From assembly GCA_017415485.1 (NCBI GenBank), contig JAFQGP010000115.1:8135-72134 (forward strand): a DNA stretch of 64,000 bases. The letters are read 5' to 3'. Below are positions 18,187 to 26,896 of this stretch, piece by piece (the stretch's first letter is position 1; each line of letters starts with the position of its first letter). Below the pieces are notes generated by a model that saw only the letters and a program-made list of their open reading frames with translations, made no database searches and had not been told where the DNA came from. Both the position numbers and the translations under genes were made by a program. This DNA is from Clostridia bacterium. GTDB taxonomy: Bacteria; Bacillota; Clostridia; Oscillospirales; CAG-272.

Positions 18187-19125
18187 TTATTTATCGATCC
18201 ATTCCCGAATTCGGCTGATAAGCGCCTCGGTCGGGTCGGGAAGATCGGGACGGAGCTCAACGGTTTCGATATAATTCTTCGCGCCGAACCATGTCACCTG
18301 TCTTTTTGCATACTGCCTTGTGGCAATTATAAGCCGTTCGCGAGCGTCGGCAAGCGACACCTCACCGCGAACGTAACCGAGCATTTCCTTGTATCCGATC
18401 GCCTGCGCGGCGGTGGGATTTTTCTCGAAAATGCCCATTTCGAGTAGCTTTTTCGTTTCCTCAAGCAGCCCCGTGGCAAGCATTTCGTCAACTCTCGCCT
18501 CAATTCGGGCATATCGCTCTGCCATATCGGTGCGGCGAAGCTCGAAGGCAAGGAAGTCATATTTCGCGGGCGAGGCAAGCGCATCGAGCTCGCTTTTTTT
18601 CTTGCCCGTGGTTTCAAATATTTCAAGCGCACGTATAACGCGGCGGACGTTGTTTTCGTGGATCTTTGCGGCACTTTCGGGATCGACTTCGGAGAGTCGC
18701 AGATGAAGCGCGTGCGCTCCAAGCTCTTGTGCTTCCCTCTCAAGACGCTCGCGGACGTCGCTTCTGCCGCCGCATTCGTCGAATGGACGCTCAAATAACA
18801 GGGTGTCAAGGTAAAGCCCCGTGCCTCCGCAAATGATGGGAAGTTTACCGCGCGAGAGGATGTCGTTTATAGCCTTTTCGGCATCTTCAGCATAATCTGC
18901 GCAGGAATATGGGCGCATCGGATCGACGAAATCTACCGTGTGATGCGGCGCACGGGCAAGCTCCTCGGGGGTGGGCTTTGCGGTGCCGATGTCCATTTCA
19001 CGATAGATCTGCATCGAGTCGCAGCATACTATCTCTCCGCCCAGCCTCTCGGCAAGCGCGATTGCAAGACCCGTTTTTCCCGAGGCGGTGTGTCCGACAA
19101 CGGCAACTATCTTTGGCTTGCTCAT
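18187..19125 (-). CDS. miaA: tRNA dimethylallyltransferase
   Basis: 312 aa. P-loop GHTASGKTGLAIALA, with MiaA-like sequence throughout. Confidence 0.9.
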   Translation of the reverse strand: MSKPKIVAVVGHTASGKTGLAIALAERLGGEIVCCDSMQIYREMDIGTAKPTPEELARAPHHTVDFVDPMRPYSCADYAEDAEKAINDILSRGKLPIICGGTGLYLDTLLFERPFDECGGRSDVRERLEREAQELGAHALHLRLSEVDPESAAKIHENNVRRVIRALEIFETTGKKKSELDALASPAKYDFLAFELRRTDMAERYARIEARVDEMLATGLLEETKKLLEMGIFEKNPTAAQAIGYKEMLGYVRGEVSLADARERLIIATRQYAKRQVTWFGAKNYIETVELRPDLPDPTEALISRIREWIDK

Positions 19126-20123
19126 ACCTTTATCGGATTATTCGCCGCGGCTGAAAAATCGTCGGGGTATCTTCTTTCCTTGCCGAAAAGCTTCTTCTTC
19201 GGCATCGAAACAAGCTCGGTGGGTACGTAGGGCCCATATGGCTCCTCAAAATAAACCACGCCATCCGCAATCTTTTCACCCTTTTCGGCGCAATCGGGGA
19301 TGAGCGAGTAATAAGGCTCGCCGAAGGTGCAGGCAACGCCAAGCTCAAGCGGCACACCCTGCCACCACCAGGAAATGACTCCGCTTTCCCCGCGGCAGAT
19401 CTGTCCGAAGAAGCCGCCGACGGTCAGAGTCAGCGATTTCAGCAGTCTGCGAAGTGCGAATTTCCACTCCTCGATCTCGTAAAGAGCATCGGGCATACGG
19501 ATCGAAATTCGGTTGGTGCGAAGTCCCGCGCGCTTTGCCTCGGCGCGGTTCGCATCGTTGATATGAACATGAGTTACGGGCTTCTGCGCATACCAGATCG
19601 GCGTCGGAGTATCCTTCAAAAACTCAACAAAAGCGTTCCTATCGCCATAAACCTGCTCGGGCGGCATTTCTTTTCCGTACTTCGACGGAAGCGCAAAGGG
19701 CAATTCTCTCTCGAGCAGAGAAACTATATCCTCATAAAGATCCTCGAAGCGTTTTTCACAGGAAAACCAAACCGAAAGCGTAAGCATCGGGGTGAATTCC
19801 GTGATCTGCGGGGGCAGAAGCTTTTCGGTACAAAAGGCTATCGGCTTGCCGGTTTCCTCAACCGCTCCGTCAAGCGAGCCCGCAAGTTTGAGCGCAAATT
19901 TGCGCGCGTACTGCTCCGAGCTTTCGAACTCATAGTCCGAAAGGCGCGCGTGCACGAGATGGCAGATGCCGTCGAGCGATAAAAGTATCTCGGCGGGAAT
20001 TTCATCAATTGCCGCCTCTCTGTTTTCGATCAGTTCAAAAGTGCAATCGCTGATCTTCGGTAATCTGAAATCCTCGTCCGGCGCAAGGCGCGTCCATATT
20101 TTGAAATCTATTACTCCGTTCAT
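19122..20123 (-). CDS. Hypothetical protein (333 aa), translationally coupled to miaA
   Basis: Long ORF with native GC content. Its stop overlaps the miaA start by 4 nt. I recognise no domain. Confidence 0.6.
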   Translation of the reverse strand: MNGVIDFKIWTRLAPDEDFRLPKISDCTFELIENREAAIDEIPAEILLSLDGICHLVHARLSDYEFESSEQYARKFALKLAGSLDGAVEETGKPIAFCTEKLLPPQITEFTPMLTLSVWFSCEKRFEDLYEDIVSLLERELPFALPSKYGKEMPPEQVYGDRNAFVEFLKDTPTPIWYAQKPVTHVHINDANRAEAKRAGLRTNRISIRMPDALYEIEEWKFALRRLLKSLTLTVGGFFGQICRGESGVISWWWQGVPLELGVACTFGEPYYSLIPDCAEKGEKIADGVVYFEEPYGPYVPTELVSMPKKKLFGKERRYPDDFSAAANNPIKV

Positions 20124-20130
20124 TTTTTCC

Positions 20131-20574
20131 TCATTGAATTGATTTTCTCGCGGTAGATCCGTATTCTCTTTTCATCGCATCCACAGAAACTACCCATTGT
20201 TTGCCAAATTTGCAAACATCCACTCCGTTGACAAGCTTTCCGTAAGATATAGCCTTTCGAAGTGTGCTTTCATTCAAGCCCCAAAGCTCCGTCGCATCAC
20301 CAAAGGACATCAAACCGTCAAACGGCGTATCAACTTGAACTCCATTCTCCCAAAGCTCATCGCAGGAAAGATCGAGATCGTCGTTCCAAACGATCCCATA
20401 TCCACCCACATCCACAGACACACACTCAAACTCGGCGTTATTGCGCAACTCCAAAAAATCCGGGATTTTTTCAAACAAGCTCTTTACGTCGTAAATTTTT
20501 GTAATTCCTTCTGAAAATTGCACGCTGAGCCTGTAATCGGGCAGAGGAAAGACGTTTTTTATCTTGTGAAACAT
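20131..20574 (-). CDS. DUF2442-domain protein fused to a C-terminal helix-turn-helix
   Basis: The N-terminus I..V.PLPDYRLSVQFSEG..KIYDV is DUF2442-like. The C-terminus ELWGLNESTLRKAISYGKL is HTH-like. The gene is AT-rich. Confidence 0.65.
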   Translation of the reverse strand: MFHKIKNVFPLPDYRLSVQFSEGITKIYDVKSLFEKIPDFLELRNNAEFECVSVDVGGYGIVWNDDLDLSCDELWENGVQVDTPFDGLMSFGDATELWGLNESTLRKAISYGKLVNGVDVCKFGKQWVVSVDAMKREYGSTARKSIQ

Positions 20575-20588
20575 AATTCAGCCTCCAA

Positions 20589-20843
20589 TCATTCAAGCGG
20601 CGGAATCTTCTTGAACTCCTGAGTTTTCCATATCTCCATCAAGGTATCTTTATGCAAAGAGATCCACTCACGAACCATTTCAAGCGCCTTATTTGGAAGG
20701 TAACCGTCAAGCACTTCTCCGGTCGTAAAATCTATCGCTGCAACATCTTCGTTGTATATCGCGTGAATATGCGGCGGATTGTGCTCGCTTTGAAGAAAAT
20801 ACATTCGGATTATTATTCCGTAAAATCTTGATAAAACAGGCAT
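20589..20843 (-). CDS. DUF4160-domain protein
   Basis: 84 aa. The N-terminus MPVLSRFYGIIIRMYFLQSEHNPPHIHAIY is the DUF4160 signature. It is paired with the DUF2442 gene 14 nt downstream. Confidence 0.75.
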   Translation of the reverse strand: MPVLSRFYGIIIRMYFLQSEHNPPHIHAIYNEDVAAIDFTTGEVLDGYLPNKALEMVREWISLHKDTLMEIWKTQEFKKIPPLE

Positions 20844-20907
20844 ATTGCTCTCCTTTCGGGTATAACCTGTCTACATTATATCACGATATCGTGATATTGT
20901 CAATATC

Positions 20908-21987
20908 TTATTCAATAAACATCGCATCGCCGAAGGAGAAGAATCTGTATTTCTCGCGGACGGCGGTATTGTAGACCTCGAGCATCTTTTCGCGCTCGTA
21001 GAAAGCCGAAACGAGCATCAGAAGCGTCGATTTGGGAAGGTGGAAGTTGGTTATCAGCGCGTCGGTCGCCTTGAAGCGATAGCCGGGGTAGATGAAAATG
21101 CCCGTGTCGCCGCTGATTGGATGAACGATGCCGTTTTCATCCGAAACGCTTTCAAGCGTTCTGCAGGATGTTGTGCCGACGCAGATGGTTCGTCCGCCTG
21201 CGGCACGGCGGCTGTTGATGATGTTTGCGCTTTCCTCGCTCACCGAGATATATTCGGTGTGCATAATGTGCTCGCCGATGTTCTCCTCCTTGACGGGACG
21301 GAAAGTTCCAAGCCCCACGTGGAGCATTACGGGAACGACGGCGACTCCCTTTGCTTTGATACGTTCAAGCAGCTCGGGAGTGAAGTGAAGACCCGCTGTC
21401 GGCGCGGCGGCAGAACCCTCACGCTTAGCATATACTGTCTGGTAGCGGGACTTATCGCGAAGCTTCTCCGTGATGTAGGGCGGCAGGGGCATAACACCGA
21501 CCTCGGAGAGCATATCGTAAACGTTCGCATAACAATTTTTGTCGTATTCGAGCTTGACGAGGCGGTTGCCCTCCTCGACAATATCCTCGACCGTTGCAGT
21601 GAGGACTCCGTTTCCGAAGACCATCTTCATTCCGATGCGAGCGCGTTTTCCGGGTTTCACGAGAGTTTCCCAAAGATCGTCGCCGCGCTGACGGAGAAGG
21701 AGAAGCTCGACCATCGCCTCTTCTCTGCCCTCGGCGTGTCCGTAAAGACGGGCGGGAATCACCTTTGAATCGTTGACAACAAGCGTGTCGCCCTCGCGCA
21801 GATGATCGATCAGATCGTAGAAATGCTTGTGCGAAAGCTCACCGCTTTTTCGGTCAACGCAGAGCAGACGCGAGGAATCGCGGGGCTCGGCGGGGTGCTG
21901 CGCTATCTGCTCCTCGGGGAGAAAATAGTCAAAATCGGACGTGCAAAGACTCGTTTCGGGCTTTGCATTTATAATAATATCGCTCAT
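20908..21987 (-). CDS. queA: S-adenosylmethionine:tRNA ribosyltransferase-isomerase
   Basis: Start at MSDIII... (ATG at 21987). FDYFLPEEQIAQHPAEPRDSSRLL is the QueA N-terminus. The 47-aa upstream extension in the track is AT-rich promoter DNA. Confidence 0.92.
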   Translation of the reverse strand: MSDIIINAKPETSLCTSDFDYFLPEEQIAQHPAEPRDSSRLLCVDRKSGELSHKHFYDLIDHLREGDTLVVNDSKVIPARLYGHAEGREEAMVELLLLRQRGDDLWETLVKPGKRARIGMKMVFGNGVLTATVEDIVEEGNRLVKLEYDKNCYANVYDMLSEVGVMPLPPYITEKLRDKSRYQTVYAKREGSAAAPTAGLHFTPELLERIKAKGVAVVPVMLHVGLGTFRPVKEENIGEHIMHTEYISVSEESANIINSRRAAGGRTICVGTTSCRTLESVSDENGIVHPISGDTGIFIYPGYRFKATDALITNFHLPKSTLLMLVSAFYEREKMLEVYNTAVREKYRFFSFGDAMFIE

Positions 21988-22081
21988 TTTTAATCTCTCA
22001 TTAAGTATAATTAGCCTATTATATATATTATATAATAAAACCGCGAAAAAAGCAATATTTATTTTGAGAAAGGAGCAAATT

Positions 22082-22954
22082 TTGAGTAAATTTTCTTTGT
22101 TTTTCGGTGCAGCGACGGCGCTCGTCACGCCGTTTGAGCAAAACGGCGCACTCGACCTCGATTCTTACCGAAAGCTCTTGCGTTTTCAGCTCGACGAGGG
22201 CATCGACGCGCTTCTCGTCTGCGGCACGACGGGAGAGACCCCGACCCTGTCCGACGATGAGTGCCTGACCCTGCTTTGCGAAGCAGTCAAAACGGTGCAA
22301 AAGAGCGTTCCCGTCATAATGGGAGTCGGCTCGAACTGCACCGAACACGCAGTTGAAAAAGCTCGCGCGGCAGAGCAAAACGGTGCCGACGCACTCCTCG
22401 CCGTCACCCCCTATTACAACAAATGTACCCCCTCGGGGCTCGTCCGACACTACCGCGAGATAGCCGCGGCGACCTCCCTGCCCATCATCGTCTACACCGT
22501 CCCCTCGCGCACGGGAATGACGATCCCGCCCTCAGTCTGGGGCGAGCTTTTCGCCATTCCGAACATAATCGGCATCAAGGATGCGACCGGTGACATCGCC
22601 TACGGAGCGCAATTTTTGTCTTATTTCGGGGAAGAATCCTGCCTCTGGTCAGGCAACGACAACGCCACTTTACCCCTGCTTTCACTCGGTTCCGAGGGGG
22701 TGATTTCGGTGCTTTCAAACGTCAAACCAAGGGAAACGTCCGCCCTCTGCCACACCTACGCCGAGGGCAAAATCCGAGAAGCAAAGGATCTCGCCGCCTC
22801 ACTTTTACCCCTCGCCGATGCCCTGTTCTGCGAGGTAAATCCCATCCCCGTAAAAGCCGCTCTGTCGATGATGGGAATATGTAAACCATATTGCAGACTG
22901 CCGCTGACGACGGCAGCAGAAACAACATTTAATCGATTAAAAAAACTATTATAA
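22082..22954 (+). CDS. dapA: 4-hydroxy-tetrahydrodipicolinate synthase
   Basis: TTG start at 22082, 6 nt after AAGGAG. Motifs TALVTPF, CGTTGE and the catalytic-Lys region IIGIKDATGD. Confidence 0.88.
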   Translation: MSKFSLFFGAATALVTPFEQNGALDLDSYRKLLRFQLDEGIDALLVCGTTGETPTLSDDECLTLLCEAVKTVQKSVPVIMGVGSNCTEHAVEKARAAEQNGADALLAVTPYYNKCTPSGLVRHYREIAAATSLPIIVYTVPSRTGMTIPPSVWGELFAIPNIIGIKDATGDIAYGAQFLSYFGEESCLWSGNDNATLPLLSLGSEGVISVLSNVKPRETSALCHTYAEGKIREAKDLAASLLPLADALFCEVNPIPVKAALSMMGICKPYCRLPLTTAAETTFNRLKKLL

Positions 22955-22995
22955 ATCAAAAAGCTGTTGCCTCGTTGCAACAGCTTTTTGATTTA
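22953..22995. terminator. Bidirectional terminator between dapA and the ATPase gene
   Basis: AAATCAAAAAGCTGTTGC...GCAACAGCTTTTTGATTT, a near-perfect palindrome between converging stops. Confidence 0.8.
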
Positions 22996-24222
22996 TATCA
23001 TCCAAATCGGAACGATCAGATTATCTCTGTCAAAAGCACCGAACTGCTCTGCCATACAAAGCACCGCGCCCGTACCGACTTGTAAGGGTGATTTATCTAT
23101 CACACCAAAAGTCTTGATGATTCGCTTATCTGGCGTTGCGGTCTTCTTGATCTCAAGCGGGCAAAGCTTGCCGTCACCCTCCATGATCACGTCTATCTCC
23201 TTTGCGTCGCGGTCGCGATAAAAGTAAAGGTATGGCTCGAGTCCTGCGTTCTGATAACCTTTCATGATCTCTGACACCGTAAAGTTTTCAAGAAGCGCAC
23301 CGCTCATTGCTCCGCTCTCGGCAACCTCGGGAGAAGACCATTTTGTAAGATAACAAACAAGACCGGTATCATAAAAATACACCTTCGGAGTCTTTATCGT
23401 TCTCTTAAGCAGATTGTTAGAATACGGATGAAGCAAGAAAATTATCCCAAGTGTTTCGAGAATATCAACCCACGCTTTTGCAGTATTTACATCAATATCC
23501 GCATCTTCTGCCAGAGCGTGATAATTGAGCAGTTGAGCGGTTCGCGCGGCAACTGCGGTAATGAATCTGTTGAATTTAAGAGCATCCACAGTTCCCGAAA
23601 TATCCCTCACGTCACGTTCCACATAAGTTGAAACGTAAGATGAATAATACATATTTCTATCCGCATACAGCCCGCTGACTATACCCGGCATCGAGCCCTT
23701 CCATATACGCTCAAAAATTTCGGGTGTGGTCATAGAATTGAACTTTTTGCTTTCGGAGAGTAGGATGTTAAAATCGGTTGTGAAGGGAACCAAGTCAGCA
23801 CCAATGATCTCGCGCTGTGACATCGGGGACATATGCAAAAGCGCAACTCGTCCCGCAAGCGACTCTTGCACACCGCGCATAAGCCGGAAGATCTGCGATC
23901 CCGTCATCCAGAAATCCCCCGGATTGTGATACTTGTCAATATGAATTTTTATATAGGTAAAGAGCTCGGGCGCGTACTGTACTTCATCTATCAGCACGGG
24001 AGGCTTGTGCAGTTGCAAAAACAATGCAGGATCGTTTTTTGCCATATCTCGCATCGTAAGATCATCAAGAGAAACATATTCACGCCCCTTGTTTTCTTTT
24101 TCCGCAAGCAAACGAAGCATAGTCGTCTTTCCCGCCTGGCGCGGTCCTGTCACCAAAATCGCGGAATAAGACTTTGAAAGCTCCAATATCCTGTTTTCCA
24201 TATGACGAATAATATAGCTCAT
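22993..24222 (-). CDS. AAA-family ATP-binding protein (AAA_14 + DUF4143 architecture)
   Basis: Start at MSYIIRHM (24222). Walker A is GPRQAGKTT and Walker B is VLIDEVQ. The C-terminal region is DUF4143-like. The gene is AT-rich. Confidence 0.8.
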   Translation of the reverse strand: MSYIIRHMENRILELSKSYSAILVTGPRQAGKTTMLRLLAEKENKGREYVSLDDLTMRDMAKNDPALFLQLHKPPVLIDEVQYAPELFTYIKIHIDKYHNPGDFWMTGSQIFRLMRGVQESLAGRVALLHMSPMSQREIIGADLVPFTTDFNILLSESKKFNSMTTPEIFERIWKGSMPGIVSGLYADRNMYYSSYVSTYVERDVRDISGTVDALKFNRFITAVAARTAQLLNYHALAEDADIDVNTAKAWVDILETLGIIFLLHPYSNNLLKRTIKTPKVYFYDTGLVCYLTKWSSPEVAESGAMSGALLENFTVSEIMKGYQNAGLEPYLYFYRDRDAKEIDVIMEGDGKLCPLEIKKTATPDKRIIKTFGVIDKSPLQVGTGAVLCMAEQFGAFDRDNLIVPIWMI

Positions 24223-24489
24223 AATTTTCACTCCATTAACAAAATTGCGGCAGATATTTATGCTAATACTATTATAGCCGAAAAACGGCGTTTTGTCAAG
24301 CATTTTTCGGCTAATATTTGTTTGCACCAAAGATTAGCCGAAGTTTTTTGTTCATTTACAACTCAAGCTCCACTTATTCAACCTGCGGTTAACACCATGT
24401 TTCCTGACAATACCTTTACAAATCGCGAAAATGTGTTATAATTATAGCAGAAGCAGACGTCGGCTTACTTTTATCAACGGAGGTTCACT

Positions 24490-25560
24490 ATGGAAATGAA
24501 CATCGGCGCTAACATCAAGCGCTTACGAAATGAAAAAAATATTACACAAGAACAGCTTGCAACGGCAATGAACGTAAGCTGCGCCGCCGTCAGCAAATGG
24601 GAACGCGGCGAGACCTATCCCGACATCACGCTCCTTCAACCCCTCGCCTACTTTTTCGAGGTTACACTTGACGATCTTATGGGGTACGATCAGGAAAAGA
24701 TCAAAGCGAAGATCAATGAAGTTATTAACCTCTATAAAAAGCATTGGTTCTCGAAAAAGGGCCGCGAGATCATCGTCAAGGCATATCACGACTATCCAAA
24801 TGATTATAACATTATGCACTACTATATGTGGAATATCGGCGGAGATATGGCGGACAACGATCCCGCCGTGCTGATTGCCCATAAGGATGAATTTCTGTCG
24901 ATCTGCAATAAAATACTTGATGGCTGTACCGATGAAAGGATTCGCCTCAGCGCATGGAATATGCGTGCAAAGATACTCCATGCAGAAGGCAAAACGGACA
25001 AAGCCTTGGAGATTTATAAGGCTAAGTTTACAGACTGGTATGGAACATGCACTCAGAAGACAGAACAGTTATTTGCCAAAGACACAGACGAATATTATTT
25101 CCACGTTCAAAAGAATATGTATGAGCTTGTTGACTTTGCGGCAGACAAACTCGGCAGGACTGTATTCTTCAATCCTACACTTTCGATGGCAGAAAAGTCA
25201 GAACATGCATTGCATTGCGGCGATGTGATATTGGCTGCATTTGAAGATACGGGAGAAACGTTCTTCCTGATGCTTGCTCAATCCTTCCTCGGAAGAATTG
25301 AAAACGATCTGTACTATCGTGGCGGAACGGATGAGCAGGTCATTGCCGTTATGGATAAGAATCTATATGCGAAAAAAATGCTCCACGAACTGAGAGCGAA
25401 TAACGAAGCTTTAGATCATTCCTTTGACCGCTTCCCCGAAGATTCACGGGATAATCGTTTCAAATTCAATCTTGATTACCGTAGCAACGCTACGAAAGGC
25501 AGACGCGCCGAGCTGTTGGATAATCCGGAATACGTCAAGGTGCTCGAAAAATACAAATAA
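24490..25560 (+). CDS. XRE-family HTH regulator with a long helical-repeat (TPR-like) C-terminal domain
   Basis: 356 aa. HTH is IKRLRNEKNITQEQLATAMNVSCAAVSKWERG, followed by about 290 aa of helical repeats. GGAGG RBS. Confidence 0.75.
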   Translation: MEMNIGANIKRLRNEKNITQEQLATAMNVSCAAVSKWERGETYPDITLLQPLAYFFEVTLDDLMGYDQEKIKAKINEVINLYKKHWFSKKGREIIVKAYHDYPNDYNIMHYYMWNIGGDMADNDPAVLIAHKDEFLSICNKILDGCTDERIRLSAWNMRAKILHAEGKTDKALEIYKAKFTDWYGTCTQKTEQLFAKDTDEYYFHVQKNMYELVDFAADKLGRTVFFNPTLSMAEKSEHALHCGDVILAAFEDTGETFFLMLAQSFLGRIENDLYYRGGTDEQVIAVMDKNLYAKKMLHELRANNEALDHSFDRFPEDSRDNRFKFNLDYRSNATKGRRAELLDNPEYVKVLEKYK

Positions 25561-25572
25561 CAACATAAAAAT

Positions 25573-25599
25573 CCGCGCTCGCCTTTTCGGCGGGCGCGG
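25573..25599. terminator. Hairpin terminator between the converging regulator genes
   Basis: CCGCGCTCGCC-TTTT-CGGCGGGCGCGG (one mismatch), placed between the stops at 25560 and 25609. Confidence 0.6.
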
Positions 25600-25608
25600 G
25601 TAAATTAT

Positions 25609-26694
25609 TTAGCATTCCTCAATCATCTTCTTAAAATCTTCACGCTCGCGGAGAGGATCGAAAACACTCATGGTTTTGATTCTTTCGAGCCAAAGATCTG
25701 CATGAGGCGTGTATGGCAGAGGATCGCTATAATCGTCAGCATACTTATCGAGCATAAGGCAAGTGTATTCGCCCTTGCCTTGAGCCTTTACTCTGTCGTA
25801 TTCAACACCGTGTTTTTTGGCTTCCCACAGTTTCTCAACAGCCTTTGCGTGATCCCCGTCATGGAGCGCGATCTCTGCCTGCTTGAAGCAGATCATATAC
25901 ATCATGGCGTTAAATCCGTTAAAATTATCATCGGTAATGATGGCACGGATAATCTTTTCCTCGGTTTCAAGTGCAACACGGGTGCGATCATCCTCGATAT
26001 CACCAAAAAGCCACAAGCCGAAAAGATTATTTGCCAGTCTACCCAGTGAGTTTCTTATCATCTTTTGCCGATGGCGCAGTAACTCATCCCCGTGCAGACA
26101 TTGCAGCAGAGCATCATCGCGCGTCATTCCGATAGATTCCGGCAGCATTTCAGCATACTTTTTCGCCTCGTCATACATTTTCAAGCATCGATAATCATTA
26201 ACGATATCATATATCGTCGATCTTCTGAGTTTTTCATCCTCGCAATCCTCGAGTATCATCATATAATGCTTCAAAGAGCTCTCCATGTACTCTCTGAAAA
26301 GCTCGGGGGATTCCTTTTTGTGATTATTTGCAACATAAAACTCGGTTCTCGCAAGCCAGGAGAGATACTTGAACTCACCCGGATATTCGGCAACCGCCTG
26401 TGATGCAGTCTTATATTCCTCTTTTGGATCATCCGTCAGCCAGAAATTTCGGTATTCCGCATCAAAATAAGCCTTGCGCTCGTCAACCCTTTCTTCATTC
26501 AACCCAAGCAACTCATCCGCAGAAACATGGAAGAGCCTCGTCAAGGGCACGAGCATTGCAAGATCCGGGCTTGTGATACCGCATTCCCACTTCGATATCG
26601 CCTGATATGATACATTCAGATATTCCGCCATCTTTTCCTGGGTTAGATTGTTTTTCTTTCTCAAATCCTTGATTTTTTCGCCCAATGTCATCAT
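25609..26694 (-). CDS. XRE-family HTH regulator with a helical-repeat (TPR-like) C-terminal domain, paralogous to 24490-25560
   Basis: HTH is IKDLRKKNNLTQEKMAEYLNVSYQAISKWECG. The track start at 26700 is a GTG; the ATGs at 26694 and 26691 sit better relative to the GAGGTG RBS. Confidence 0.75.
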   Translation of the reverse strand: MMTLGEKIKDLRKKNNLTQEKMAEYLNVSYQAISKWECGITSPDLAMLVPLTRLFHVSADELLGLNEERVDERKAYFDAEYRNFWLTDDPKEEYKTASQAVAEYPGEFKYLSWLARTEFYVANNHKKESPELFREYMESSLKHYMMILEDCEDEKLRRSTIYDIVNDYRCLKMYDEAKKYAEMLPESIGMTRDDALLQCLHGDELLRHRQKMIRNSLGRLANNLFGLWLFGDIEDDRTRVALETEEKIIRAIITDDNFNGFNAMMYMICFKQAEIALHDGDHAKAVEKLWEAKKHGVEYDRVKAQGKGEYTCLMLDKYADDYSDPLPYTPHADLWLERIKTMSVFDPLREREDFKKMIEEC

Positions 26695-26826
26695 TTTCAC
26701 CTCACAAAAAATTTCGAATCCGGATTACGGTTATATTATATCAAAGGCAATGAAAAAAAGCAATAACTTGTTTTTTGCACAGAACTCAACCCGGAAGTGA
26801 GTTGGCGAATGCATTTTAAACTAAAT

Positions 26827-26870
26827 CATTAGCGGTGACGATGCGCAAATACGCATTTTCACCGCTAATG
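26827..26870 (-). terminator. Nested hairpin downstream of the SGNH hydrolase gene
   Basis: CATTAGCGGTGA ... TCACCGCTAATG, enclosing the inner hairpin ATGCG-caaata-CGCAT. Confidence 0.55.
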
Positions 26871-26896
26871 TATCATAATTCAATTATGTTAAGCTA

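Noticed and set aside
26750-26800. The 16-aa ORF MKKSNNLFFAQNSTRK, divergent from the XRE-TPR regulator, as a candidate signalling pro-peptide.
   Set aside because: Its AAGG lies too close to the ATG to serve as an RBS. It has no hydrophobic or secretion-competent segment and a polar C-terminus. I cannot assess conservation, so I keep it only as a note inside the regulator finding.
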